A stretch of DNA of 64,000 bases from Mobula hypostoma (Eukaryota): assembly GCF_963921235.1 (NCBI RefSeq), contig NC_086098.1, forward strand, positions 5,890,001 through 5,954,000, read 5' to 3'. Below, piece by piece: positions 33,565 to 45,857 of this stretch (its first letter is position 1; each line of letters begins with the position of its first letter). Below the pieces are notes generated by a model that did not search any database, was not told the origin of the DNA, and saw only the letters and a list, made by a program, of their open reading frames with translations. The position numbers and the translations under genes were made by a program.

Positions 33565-36341
33565 CAAGGGTAAAAAGTCCCTGATGGGATTTATCTACCG
33601 ACCCCCCCGAAAAGTATTAAGGATATTGCCTACAAATTACAATAGGAGATAGAAAATGCTTGTCAAAGGGCAATGTTACAATAGTCATGGGGGACTTCAA
33701 TATGCAGGTCGGTTGGGAAAAGCAGGTTGGTGCTGGATACCAAGTTTCCAGAATGCCTACAAGATGGCTTTTTAGAGCAGCTCATGGTTGACCCACTAGG
33801 GGATTGCCTATTCAGGATTGAGTGTTGTGCAATGAACCAGAATTGATTAGAGGGTTTGGGGTAAAAGAACATGAGGAGAAAGTGATCATAATATGATCGA
33901 ATTCACCCTGACATTTGAGAAGCTAAAGTCAGATGTATCAGTATTACAGTGAGATAAAGGGAATTACAGAGGCATGAGAGAGTAGTTGGCCAAAATTTAT
34001 GGGAAAAGAACACAGACAGCAGAGAAGCAATGGCTGGAATTTCTAGAAGCAATTCAGAGGCACAGGGCATATACACCCCAAAGAGAAAGAAATATACTAG
34101 AGGAAAAATGACACAACCATGTCTAACAAGCAAAGTTATTATTTATAGATATCCATTAGTTTCGTGAGGCCATGGATTTGCGCCTTGGAAGGTCTCCAGG
34201 GCACAGGCCTGCACAAGGTTGTATGGAAGACCGGCAGTTGCCCATGCTGCAAGTCTCCCCTCTCCACGCCACTGATGTTGTCCAAGGGAAGGGCATTAGG
34301 GCCGATACAGCTTGGCACCAGTGTCATCGCAGAGCAATGTGTGGTTAAGTGCCTTGCTCAAGGACACAATACGCTGCCTCAGCTGACCTTCAGATCACTA
34401 GACCGACATCTTAACCACTTGGCCACGTGCCAACATGCAAAGTTAAAACTTATATAAAAGCCAAAGAGAGGACATATAATTGAGCAAAGAATAGTAGGAA
34501 GTTAACGGATTGGCAAGCTTTTAAAAACCAACAGAAAGCAACTAAAAAAGTTGATAAGAAAGTAAAGTTGTAAGTAAGCTAACCAAGAATATTAAAGGGG
34601 ATAGTAAAGGTTTCTTCAGATACAGAAAGTGTAAAAGAGAAGTGAGAATGGATATTGGACTGTTGGAAAACGATGCTGGAGAGGTAGTAATGGTAGACAA
34701 CAAAATGGCGGACAAACTGAATAAGTATTTTGCATCAATCTTCATTGTGGAAGACAGAAGCAGGTGTTGGGGGCATGAAGTGTGTGAAGCTACTATAAAC
34801 AGAAAAAATGTTCTAGGGAAACTGAAAGGTCTGAAGGTAGATAAGTCGCCTGGACCAGATGGCGTATACCCCAGGGTTCTGAAAGAGGTGGCTGAAGAGA
34901 TCGTGGAGGCATTAGTAATGATCTTTCAAGAATCATTACATTCTGAAATGGATCTGGATGACTGGAAAATTGAAAATGTCACTCCACACTTCAGGAAGGG
35001 AGAGAGGCAGAAGAAAGAAAACTATAGGCCAATTAGTTTGACCTCTGTGGCTGGGAAGATGTTGAAGTCGATTATTAAGGATGAGGTCTCAGGGTACTTT
35101 GGAAGCACATGATAAAACAAGCCATGGTCAGCAGGATTTCCTCAAGGGAAAATCTTTCCTGACAAATCTGTTGGAATTCCTTGATGAAATAACAAGTAGG
35201 ATAGACAAAGTAGAATCAGTTGTTGTGTACTTAGTTTTTCAGAAGACCTTTGACAAGGTGCTACACATCAGGCTCCTTAACAGGCTACGAGCTCAACGTA
35301 TTGCAGGAAATATTCTAGCATGGAGAAAGCAGTGGTTGATTGGCAGGAGGCAAAGAGTGAAGGGAAGCTTTTCTGACTGGCTGCCGGTGACTAATGGTGT
35401 TCTACAGGGGTAGAAGGGTGGGTTGGCAAGTTTGCAGATGACACAAAGGTTGGTAGTGTTGTAGATAGTGTAGAGGATTGTCAAAGATTGCAGAGAGACA
35501 TTGATAGGATGTAGAAGTGGGCTGAGAAGTGGCAGATGGAGTTCAACCCGGAGAAGCGTGAGATGGTACACTTTGGAAGGACAAACTCCAAGGCAGAGTA
35601 CAAAGTACAGAGTACAGAGTACAAAGTAAATGGCAGGATACTTGGTAGTGTGGAGGGATCTGGGGGTACATGTCCACAGATCCCTGAAAGTTGCCTCACA
35701 GGTGGATAGGGTAGTTACGAAAGCTTATGTGGTGTTAGCTTTCATAAGTCAAGGGATAGAGTTTAAGAGTCGTGATGTAATGATGCAGCTCTATAAAACT
35801 CTGGTTAGGCTACACTTGGAGTACTGTATCCAGTTCTGGTCGCCTCACTATAGGAAGGATGTGGAAACATTGGAAAGGGTACAGAGGAGATTTACCAGGA
35901 TGCTGCCTGGTTTAGGAAGTATGCATTATGATCAGAGATTAAGGGAGCTAGGGCTTTACTCTTTGGAGAGAAGGAGGATGAGAGGAGACATGATAGAGGT
36001 GTACAAAATAATAAGAGGAATAGATAGAGTGGATAGCCAGCGCCTCTTCCCCAGGGCACCACTGCCCAATACAAGAGGACATGGCTTTAAGGTAAGTGGT
36101 GGGAAGTTCAAGGGGGATATCAGAGGAAGGTTTTTTACTGAGAGAGTGGTTGGTGCGTGGAATGCACTGCCTGAGTCAGTGGTGGAGGCAGATATACTAG
36201 TGAAGTTTAAGAGACTACTAGACACAGGTATATGGAGGAATTTAAGGTGGGGGCTTATATGGGAGGCAGGGTTTGAGGGTCGGCACAGCATTGTGGGCTG
36301 AAGGGCCTGTACTGTGCTGTACTATTCTATGTTCTATGTTC
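33565..36341 (+). mobile_element. CR1 ORF2 relic or composite inserted in Gypsy, itself interrupted by a SINE
   Basis: GDFN, DKSPGPDG, NYRPISLTS, KFADDTK, HLEYCIQFWSP and FFTERVV motifs; (TTCTATG)n tail. Confidence 0.9.
34137..34432 (-). mobile_element. tRNA-derived CORE-type SINE
   Basis: A-box TGGCCAAGTGG and CORE-like TGTGTCCTTGAGCAAGGCACTTAACC; second copy at 56888-57184. Confidence 0.75.
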
Positions 36342-37109
36342 TAAATCGTTAAGCGAAGCAAGAAGCTTGGCTGTGTGAGGCAAAAACCTGGCATGACGAT
36401 TGAATGTACCCAGAAAGGAGTGAATTTCATGGATATTCCTAGATTCTGGGGCTCCAGGAAAGGGGCAAAGCTTTTCTTTGATTGGATGTATACCTTTGGG
36501 ATCGATGTGAAAACCCAGGTATTCTGCATGATCTGCCTGATGGCTGCCTTTCTCACACTTCAGTCATAGACCAAGTTGCCTCAGTCGGGAGGAGGTTTTA
36601 TCAAGATTGTTCAGGTACTCTTCTAAGGTCAACCCAGTCATCAGAATATCATCTAAGTAAGCTATTGCACTGGGCATGTCTTAAATGCAGGGTCTGATGG
36701 TGCGTTGGAATATTGCTGGAGATAAAAATTTATTCCGAACATGAGCCTCATATACTTGAACAGGCCTTTGCGGGTGCAATAATAGTAATGCTCTTAAACT
36801 GCTCTTCTAGCTTGAGCTGTTGGCATGCATGTGTGAGGTCAAGTTTAGTGAAGAATTTTCCACCTCCTAGTGTTGCGTAGATGTCTTCTATCTTTGGGAT
36901 TGGGTATGTTTTAGTGGGTAAGTATGAATTCACTGTGATCCTGTAATCTCCACATATCGTCACTCGACTATTGACGCAATAGGGGTTGCCAATTGTGAAA
37001 ATCTCACAGTTCAATGATCCATTTTCTTGTCATCACATAAGAGTCACCTCAACTTTGGGACAAAGTATGTATGGCAGGGAACATGCCTTGAAGAAGATTG
37101 GTTTGACTG

Positions 37110-38092
37110 TAAACACGAGGAAATCTGCATATCCTGGAAATTCAAGCAACACACATAAAAAATGCTGGTGAACGCAGCAGGCCAGGCAGCATCTCTAGGA
37201 AGCAGTGTTTCAAGCCGAGACCCTTCATCAGGACTAACTGAAAGAAGAAATAGAAAGAGATTTGAAAGTGGGAGGGGGAAGGGGAGATCCAGAATGATAG
37301 GAGAAGACAGGAGCGGGAGGGATGGCGCTAAGAGCTGGAAAGTTGATTGGCAAAAGGGATATGAGGCTGGAGAAGGGAGAGGATCATGGGATGGGAGGCC
37401 TAGGGAGAAAGAAAGAGGAAGGCAGCCCAAAAGATGGTCAAGGAGTTATAGTGAGAGGGACAGAGGGAGAAAAAGGAGAAAGATAGAGACAGAGAGAGAG
37501 AGAGAGAATAAATAAATAACTAAATAACGGATGGGGTACGAGGGGGAGGTGGGGCATTAGCGGAAGTTTGAGAAGTCAATGTTCATGCCATCAGGTTGGA
37601 GGCTACCCAGACAGAATATAAGATGTTGTTCCTCCAACCTGAGTGTGGCTTCATCTTTACAGTAGAGGAGGCCATGGATAGACATATCAGAATGGGAATG
37701 GGACGTGGAATTAAAATGTGCGGCCACTGGGAGATTCTGCTTTCTTTGGTGGACAGAGCGTAGAGTTCAGCAAAACGGTGTCCTAGCCTGCGTTGGGTCT
37801 CGCCAATATATAGAAGGCCGCACCAGGAGAACCGGACGCAGTATATCACCCCAGGTGAAGTGTCACCTCACCTGGGAGGACTGTCTGGGGCCATGGTGGT
37901 GAGGGAGGAAGTGTAAGGGCATGTGTAGCACTTGTTCCGCTTACAAGGATAAGTGCCAGGAGGGAGATCGGTGGGGAGGGATGGGGGGGACAAATGGACA
38001 AGGGAGTCGCGTAGGGAGCAATCCCTGTGGAAAGCAGAGGGGGGGAGGGAAAGATGTGCTTAGTGGTGGGATCCCGTTGGAGGTGGCGGAAA
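37110..38092 (-). mobile_element. Penelope-like element 3' portion: GIY-YIG endonuclease remnant and pseudo-LTR
   Basis: IYCVRFSWCGLLYIGETQRRLGHRFAE; LQRDPTTKHIFPSPP; pseudo-LTR with CTGATGA...GAAA core at ~37208-37231. Confidence 0.9.
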
Positions 38093-38482
38093 CCTGATTC
38101 CAGAAGATGTATTTTGGTACCCTTAGGCTTAGCTTCAAATGGATTACTGAAAAGCAGCTTATATTGCTTGACAAGGCTCTCAACTGACATGTCAATCTTC
38201 ATCTCATACACACCTCGGACAGGCACTTGCTGTAGCCAATCGCTCCTAGTAAGTTCACTTCTCTCTTAGTGATTTGCACTGGTAGCTGATACAATTGATT
38301 ATCACGCTCAAGAAGAACCCCACAGCAACCAGCAGCTGTAACAGCTTCTTCCCCCAGGACATGAAGCTACTGAATTCCCTGCCACCAACCGGGTCTTATC
38401 GCGTATGAAGGGCCAGTAGCGTTATACTGTTTACTTTTTGACTTGTGGTAATTTTTTTGTGGAAGTATTATCTTTGTATTGT

Positions 38483-38578
38483 AACACACACAAAATACTG
38501 GAGGAACTCAGCAGGCCAGGCAGCATCTATGGAAAATGTACAGTCAATGTTTTGGGCCAAAACCCTTCAGCTGGACTG
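38483..38578 (-). mobile_element. Penelope pseudo-LTR fragment
   Basis: ACACACACAAAATACTGGAGGAACTCAGCAGGCCAGGCAGCATCTA block. Confidence 0.7.
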
Positions 38579-39512
38579 AGTTTAAGAGCCGAGAGGTAAT
38601 GTTGCAGCTATATAGGATGCTGGTCAGACCTCACTTGGAGTACTGTGCTGAGTTCTGGTCGCCTCACTACAGAAGGTTGTGGAAACCATAGAAAGGGTGC
38701 AGAGGAGGTTTACAAGGATGTTGCCTGGATTGGGGAGCATGCCTTATGAGAATAGATTGAGTGAACTCGGCCTTTTCTCCTTGGACCGACCAAGGATGAG
38801 AGGTGACCTGATAGAGGTGTATAAGATGATGAGAGGCATTGATTGTGTGGTTAATCAGAGGCTTTTCCCAGGGCTGAAATGGCTAGCACGAGAGGGCATA
38901 GTTTTAAGGTGCTTGGAACCAGGTACAGAGGAGATGTCAGGGGCTAGTTTTTTACGCAGAGAGTGGTGAGTGCGTGGAATGGGCAGCCGGCAACGGTGGT
39001 GGAAACGATAGGGTCTTTTAAGAGACTCCTGGATAGGTACATGGAACTTAGAAAAGTACAGGGCTATGGGTAACTCTAGGTATTTTCTAAGGTAAGGACA
39101 AGTTCGGCACAGCTTTGTGAGCCGAAGGGCCTGTATTGTGCTGTAGGTTTTGTATGTTTCTATATTTATTCAGAGTGGACATGAGAGGATCTTTCCTATA
39201 ATGGAAGAGTTTAGGACCAGGGGGTACAGCCTAAAGGATATCCCTTTAGAACAGAGATAAGGAGGAATTTCTTTAGCTGGAGGGTGGTGAATCTCTGGAA
39301 TTCATTGCCACAGGCAGCTGTAGAGGCCAAGTCTTTGGGTATATATAAAGCGGTGGTAGATAGGTTCTTCAATAGTCAGGGTATCAAAGGTTACGGAGAG
39401 AAGGCAGGAGAATGGGGTTGAGAGGGATAGTAAATCAGCCATGTTGGAATGGCGTAGCAGACTCAAAGGGCTGAATGGTGTAATACTGTTTCTATGTCTC
39501 ATGGGCTTATGA
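38576..39512 (+). mobile_element. Two consecutive CR1 3' fragments (junction ~39165)
   Basis: ERVQRRFTRMLPGL...LGLFSL; two separate 3' hairpin/tail blocks. Confidence 0.85.
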
Positions 39513-39936
39513 TTTTGTGGACATCCCCTGGATACTTTCCTCTGTTATTGGTATGTTTTATAGTCTTATAATCAGTTTTTACTCTGTTTAATCTAGTAAC
39601 CACCTGATTCAAGATAGTTATTAACTCTAATCGACGTACAGTTCAGAATGCTGCCAAATCTGCAAACTAGAATTAGTTCAATTTAATTATTGTGCGATGA
39701 AATCCTGAATATATCTCTACACACATTTTACTCTGCTCACTGTACAATATCAATGGGAAGTTTATTTCCTCCATGTCTTAAATAAGTCACATTTTTTGGG
39801 GCTGAAACGGAAAATGAATCACAAATTATTTTAAAAACGCAAACACAAGGAAATCTGCAGATGCTGGAAATTCAAGCAACACACACAAAATGCTGGTGGA
39901 ACGCAGCAGGCCAGGCAGCATCCATAGGAAGAAGCA

Positions 39937-39974
39937 CAGTCAACGTTTCAGGCTGAGACCCTTCGTCAGGATTA
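39937..39974 (-). ncRNA. Minimal type I hammerhead ribozyme motif (triplet mutated to GUU)
   Basis: aatc-CTGACGA-agggtctcagcct-GAAA-cgtt-gactg. Confidence 0.55.
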
Positions 39975-40221
39975 ACTGAAAGAAGAGATAGTAAGAGATT
40001 TGACCTTGCCTGCTCTCCATCTTCCTCTGGGCTCGCCTCCCCCTTTCTTTCTCCCTCGGCCTCACGTCCCATGATCCTCTCCCTTCTCCAGCCTTGTATC
40101 CCTTTTGCCAATCACCTGTCCAGCTCTTGGCTCCATCCCTCCCCCTCCTGTCTTCTCCTATCATTTCAGATCTCCCCCTCCCCCTCCCACTTTCAAATCT
40201 CTTACTCACTCTTCCTTCAGT

Positions 40222-40259
40222 TAGTCCTGACGAAGGGTCTCGGCCCGAAACGTCAACTG
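40222..40259 (+). ncRNA. Minimal type I hammerhead ribozyme motif
   Basis: agtc-CTGACGA-agggtctcggccc-GAAA-cGTC-aactg; core intact, one stem I mismatch. Confidence 0.7.
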
Positions 40260-40334
40260 TACCTCTGCCTAGAGATGCTGCCTGGCCTGCTGCGTTCCAC
40301 CAGCGTTATTTTTCCTGATTGAAATCATAAATAT

Positions 40335-41570
40335 TTAATTTTATTCACTAAGAGATACAGCACAAACATGACCTTCCGACCCAACAATCCACAGCATCAA
40401 GCAACTTATCTATTATGACCCTAGTTTAAGCACAAGACAAGTTACAATGACCAAATACCCTACCAAGTGGTATGTCTTTGGACTGTGGAACAAAACTGGA
40501 GCACCCAGAGGAAACACATGCAGTCACAGTGAGAACGTACAACCTCATCACAGACATCGCCAGAATTAAACTCCACACTCTGACACCCTGAGCTTTAATA
40601 GCGCTAACTCCATGCTGCCATTACACCCTAGTCGCAGAGCTTTGTGAGCAGGTTATTCTGAAATGTACTGCAGTGTTACAGCTCACGGCAGTTAGTTGAA
40701 GTGAATGTTACGCATTCCTCTGCATCTTAGCAATGAATTTGGGAGCACCGTGGCAGTTGTATATTTTGATAAAAACTCTGCAATTAATAGCCATGATTCA
40801 GGTTTCGTCTCACTACCAGGGAATGCAGTCAAAAGCCACGTGTGCTATTGTTAAAGATCGTTATCTCAAATAATACATTTATATCGAAGCTGTCTCTGTC
40901 ATCAGTAGTATAAACTGATTGCAAATGGGAAAGAGAGATTAACTTTATTTGTCCCATGGGCACCATGACAGTGTGGCTGTTAGCTATTAATGCTTGGGGC
41001 ATTCCAGGATTCGGAGTTCAATCCCAGCATCCTCTGTAAGACGTCCCGATATGTTCTCCCTGTGGAATGTGTGCGTTTGTTCCGGGTTCTCCGGTTTCCT
41101 CCCACAGTCCAAAAGTGTACCGGGCAGGTTAATTGGCCATTGTAAATTGTAATTGTTCTGTGATTAGGTTAGTGTTAAATCGAATGCTGTCAGAGGTTGC
41201 TGGGGCAGTGCAGCTCGAAGGTCTGATATTAGGCTGTATCACAAAATAAATAAATATTAAATGAACTATCAAAACATACAGTGAACTGTGTTGGTTTCCC
41301 GTGGCTGACCAGCACAATCTGAGGATGTGCTGGGTGGTCATCCCGTAAGCATCACTACGCTTCTAGCACCAGCACAGCCCAACCAACAACTTACTGACAC
41401 TGCTATGTCTTTGGAACGTGGGAGGAAACCAGAGCACCCAGAGGAAACCCATGTGGTCAAGGAGAGAACAAACAAACTTCTTACAGACAGTGGTGGGAAT
41501 TGAGCTCCAATCGTCTTATCATCAGCGCTGTAAAGCGTTACGCTAACCGCTGTTCTGCCATGCCATACAG
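40335..41570. mobile_element. V-SINE cluster (~40335-40620 minus, ~40958-41255 plus, ~41255-41570 minus)
   Basis: V-domain CCGGTTTCCTCCCAC / GTGGGAGGAAACC motifs and tRNA-like heads. Confidence 0.7.
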
Positions 41571-41894
41571 TAGATGTCAAGTAATAGACATTAATTCAGG
41601 ATTCAACATACATTTATTATCAAAGTATGTATGTAGATTACAACCTTGAGATTTGTCTTCCCACAGACAGTCACGAAACAAAGAACCAACACATTCAAAG
41701 AAAAATATCAAATATCAAACATTCCTTCCTCCCACACACAAGAAAATGCAAAACTAGCAACAAAAAAAAGAGTAAAAACACAGAATATAAACACAAAATC
41801 AAAAGATATACTGCAGTTCATTTCAGCTCAGTGTCCATTTCCTGAAGGTCTTGTCATGGTCCAGATCGGGTTCACATTAAATTTACTTTGTTTA

Positions 41895-42760
41895 TGTTAC
41901 AATCCGGACCATTGACTTCCTGCTTCCTTTTGGTTCCCTGTTTTCCCGTGTCCCTTGGGCTTAGTGATTAGAGGCAATCTACTCTCGGCTGAACCGGCAG
42001 TTTATGTCTCCGGCTTTCAGTCGTTCTGCGCGAGAGCGTTAACGAAGTCACCAAAGGTACTGCGAGCCAATGTCATCTGGCCGGAGCAAGCCTAGTCTCC
42101 TCCCGAAGCAAGCGCCAGCAAGCCGCCTTCCCTTGCCAGAGCGGGTCAGTCAAAGTTAACCCGCAGGGGTGAGTCGAGAGCTCGCCGCTGCTTGGAGCGT
42201 ACTTGTGCCCAGTTATAGTTCTGTCCATTGTTGTGTGGTCTCCGTCTCCATGTCCTGCGTCAAAAATGGGTTCCGGCCCTGTACCCTGGAAGGGTCCTGA
42301 TCCTGTGTCAAGAAGAGTCCCGACTTCGTCCTGTGTCTAAGGAGGATTCCTGGCTCAATGTTTTATGTCCGGTGTCTGAGTCTGTCTAATGAATAAGAAG
42401 AGTCCCTGGCTCCGAGGTTTCAAGTATCAAGCCCTGGCTCTGGAGGTTTCAAATATCAATTCCTGGCTCTGGAGGTTTGAAATATCAATTTCTGGCTCTG
42501 GAGGTTTCAAATATCAATTCCTGGCTCCGAGGTCCGTGTTCCGAGTCCTGGCTCCGCGGTTCGGCTCAGAGGTCCGTGTTCTGAGTCCTGGCCCAAACCC
42601 TTAGTCCTGGCCTAGTCCAGGGCCTGAGTCCTTGTCCATAACGCTATTCCTGCTTCTACTTTGCTCTCCTTGTATCGAGCAATTAACTCAATTTAGTTAA
42701 CCTCACAAGACGTGTTTGTGTCTTGCATTTAGGTCCACCCTTGCTCCCCACTTTGTGACA
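41895..42760 (+). mobile_element. Probable solo LTR (Gypsy-like)
   Basis: TGTTACAA...TTGTGACA termini, CpG-rich body, internal minisatellite, U5-like TTGCATTTAGGTCC end; no TSD visible. Confidence 0.65.
42403..42595 (+). repeat. 28-29 bp minisatellite in the LTR
   Basis: CCTGGCTCTGGAGGTTTCAAATATCAATT about four times, then CCTGGCTCCGAGGTCCGTGTTCCGAGT variants. Confidence 0.85.
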
Positions 42761-42944
42761 GGCCTCCCCGATTCAAACATCATCCAGAAGTAGAAATGAC
42801 AAAGAACAAACAGAACTAGAATACATCACAAAAACTGAATTAGAGTCCAAATCTACAATCAATGTCGATTAAACATTGCTCTAGCACCATCAACAAGAAT
42901 ACAAGCACCTTCCCTCGGGAGCAGTGAACAAGAGGGAGCAAGAA

Positions 42945-43750
42945 AAAACAAGAGAAAATCTGCAGATGCTGGAAATCCAAGCAACACACACAGAATGCTG
43001 GAGGAACTCAGAAAGCCAGGCAGCGTATATGGAAAAGAGAAACAGTCGATGTTTCGGGTTGAGACCCTTCATCAGACTAGAAGGGAAGGGAAGTCAGAAG
43101 AAGAAGGTGGGGGGAGGAGAGGGAGTACAAGATGGAGGTGATAGGTGAGACCAGGAGAGGGAGAGGAGATGAGGTATGGAATTGGGACGTTGATTGGTGA
43201 AAGGGCTGGAGAACAGGAAATCTGATAGGAAAGGACAGAAGACCATGGAAGATAGGAGAGGGGGAGGAATATCAGAGGGGGTTGATGGGCAGGTAAGGAG
43301 ATAAGGTGAGAGAGGGAAACAGGAATGGGCAATGTTGAAGGAGTCTGGGTGTATTACCGGAAGGTCATGCCATCAGATAGGAGGTTACCCAGACAGAATA
43401 TAAAATGTTGCTCCTCAAACCTGACTGTGGCCTCATCGCGACAGTAGAAACATGTCAGTAATACCCCCCTCATGATCCCCTATTCCGTTTTCTCTCTCTC
43501 ACCTTATCTACTTACCTGCTCTTCACCTCCCTCTGGTGACTCTCCCACTTTTCTTCCATGGCCTTCTTTCCTCTTTTATAAGATTCCCCCTTCTCCAGCT
43601 TTGTATCTCTTTCACCAATCAACTTCTCAGCTCTTTACTTAACCCCTACCCCCTCCCGATTACACCTATCACCTTGTGTTTCTTTTTCCTCTTCCCGAAC
43701 CTTCTAACTTCAAATCCTGATGAAGGGCCTCGGCCCAAAATGCTGACTGT
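42945..43750. mobile_element. Penelope pseudo-LTR inverted pair (~42945-43450 minus, ~43465-43750 plus)
   Basis: Purine-rich arm followed by its pyrimidine-rich complement; hammerhead-like cores at 43043-43079 and 43717-43750. Confidence 0.8.
43043..43079 (-). ncRNA. Minimal hammerhead ribozyme motif (AUC triplet)
   Basis: agt-CTGATGA-agggtctcaaccc-GAAA-cATC-gactg. Confidence 0.55.
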
Positions 43751-43819
43751 GGTGAGAGTTGTAGAAAACGGCTGTTGTGTGTTCTTTGTGCTGGATGTGT
43801 AAGTCCTGGGAGAACCAGA

Positions 43820-44460
43820 GTTGGCGTTCATTTCAAGAGGTCTAGGATACAAGAACAGGGATATGATGCTAAGGCTGTATAAGGCACCGGTGAGACCTCA
43901 GCTTGATTATTGTGAACAGTTCTAGGCTCCTCATCGAAGAAAGGATGTGCTGGCACTGGAGAGGGATCAGAGGAGATTTATAAAGATGATTCCAGCTATG
44001 AAAGTGTTATCTTAGGAGGAATGTTTAATAGCTCTGCGTATGCACTCACTGAAACTTAGAAGGATGAGGGGGGATCTGATTGAAATATTTCTAACGTTGA
44101 AAGGCCTAGACAGAGTAGATGGGGAAAGGATGTTTCCTATGGTGGGGGAAGTCAAGGACAAGAGGGCACAGTCTCAGGATAGAGGGCTGTCCATTTGAAA
44201 CAGAGATGCGGAGAAATTTCTTTAGCCAGAGGGTGGTGAATTTGTGGAATTATATTACTGCAGGCGCCTTTGGAGGCCAGGTCGTAGGGTATATTTAAGG
44301 CAAAGCTTGATAGGTTCTTGATTGGACATGGCATCAAAGGTTATGGGGAGAAGACTGGGGAGTGGGGCTAAGTAGGTAAAAAAAGGATGATTTGGCTCGC
44401 TAGAATTTAGAAGGTTACTCCTATGCTCCTAATTCTGCTCCTATGTCTTACGGTCTTATA
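43820..44460 (+). mobile_element. CR1 3' fragment
   Basis: LAFISRGL, LRLYKA.VRP and GTGGTGAATTTGTGGAATT motifs. Confidence 0.85.
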
Positions 44461-45339
44461 AAGAGTAATAAAGGGGATCCGATAGAACTTAATAAGGTCT
44501 CACACAAAAAGCTGATGCACCTGATAACATCTCATGGTATAGGCTTTGTGTGTCAACATGGAAATAAATTATCACATAGAGACCGGAGATTTGAAATAAA
44601 TTGTGTCTTTGTGTGGTTGGAAAGATGTAATCAATGGTGACCCAAAGATTTTGTCTTGGCCATTTTGCTGGGCCTGTATCTGTGCTGTAGAATACTATAA
44701 CTCTTTCTGGCTTTCATTTAATGAAAATCACATATAATGGACACCCAATCAGCAAATTGTCTGCAAAATGATGAAGTTGTTTCTTTCATGATACCTCCTG
44801 TCTCTGGAATCTTATTTAAATTGAAAACTGCTGATAAAACATTGGGATAAGGATTCTCAAATTATAAAACAGAGACTTGGAAAAATCAAAGCTATTACTT
44901 AGGCTGACCACAAAAGAACTACTTCTTAAAATTAATATTCCTCGTGAGAATGTTTCAGGTTCTCGTGCATCTTGGTATTTTCTTTAGCAAATTAATAAAT
45001 GAGATAGTTTTCTTAATGTAAACATAGTTGTGAAGGCTGGACTAAAATAGTTGAAAGGAAAGAACCAATATCAGCTCTCCTGTAACCGCTTAGACAAAGT
45101 AGGCTGCTGCAGTTGTTACCTCATTTATCTTTGAGCAGTATTGATTGAGCAGATGTTGAGTTCAGTTTGGAGGGCAACAATATTGACCTTCCTAATGCAC
45201 AGCCTTACGGAACTGAGCCAGATTCAGAATCAGAATCAGGATTATGATCACTGACATTTGTCATGAAATTGTGTTGGTTTATGGAAGCACTACAGTGCAA
45301 AACATTAAAAAAAAACATAAATTACAACAAGAAATAAAT

Positions 45340-45855
45340 TCACTGGCCACATTATTAGGTACGGAAGGTACCTTAGTCTTCTACAGTGGTCTTCTGACGC
45401 TGCAGCCCATTCACTTCAAGTTTGACATGTTGAGTGTCCAGAGATGCTCTCCTGCACAACACTGTTGTGGTTATTTGAGTTACTGTGGCTTTCCTGTCAG
45501 CTTGACCAAGTCTGCCCATTCTCCTCTGACCTCTCTCATTAACAAGGTGTTTTCATCCACAGAACTGGCACTCACTGGATTTATTTTTGCTTTTCACACC
45601 ATTCTCTGTAAACTCTAGAGACTGTTGTGCATGAAAATCCCAAGAGGTCAGCAGTTTCTGAGATACTCAAACCACTCCATCTGGCACCAACAATCATTCC
45701 ACACTGAAAGTCACTTAGATCACATTTCTTTCCCATTCTGATGTTTGGTCTGAACAATAACTGAACCTCTTGACCATGTCTGTATGCTTTTATACATTGA
45801 GTTGCTGCCTCATGATTTGTTGATTAGATATTTGCATTACTGGGCAAGTGTACAG
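45340..45855 (-). mobile_element. Non-autonomous Tc1-like element (copy of 15470-16014), truncated by CR1
   Basis: CACTGGCCACATTATTAGGTAC TIR; body colinear with 15510-15985. Confidence 0.8.
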
Positions 45856-45857
45856 AT

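Larger units (their letters stand above)
30990..38290 (-). mobile_element. Fragmented Ty3/Gypsy pol relic (pieces ~30990-32734, 33396-33560, 36342-37110, 38093-38290)
   Basis: Protease end LLGSDWL; RT ICGDYRITVN, YPIPKIEDI, FTKLDL and YLDD at 36648-36659; RNase H DKKALAV...DHKP...WALYL; integrase RLHVDYA, SKWIE; order PR-RT-RH-INT. Confidence 0.85.
39836..40304. mobile_element. Penelope pseudo-LTR inverted pair
   Basis: 39892-40003 is the reverse complement of ~40193-40304. Confidence 0.9.

Noticed and set aside
35584..35628. 7-bp CA(G/A)AGTA repeat
   Set aside because: A local slippage expansion inside a dead CR1 RT with no sign of function
42403..42595. 29-bp repeats as a CRISPR array
   Set aside because: A head-to-tail minisatellite without unique spacers inside an LTR-like element
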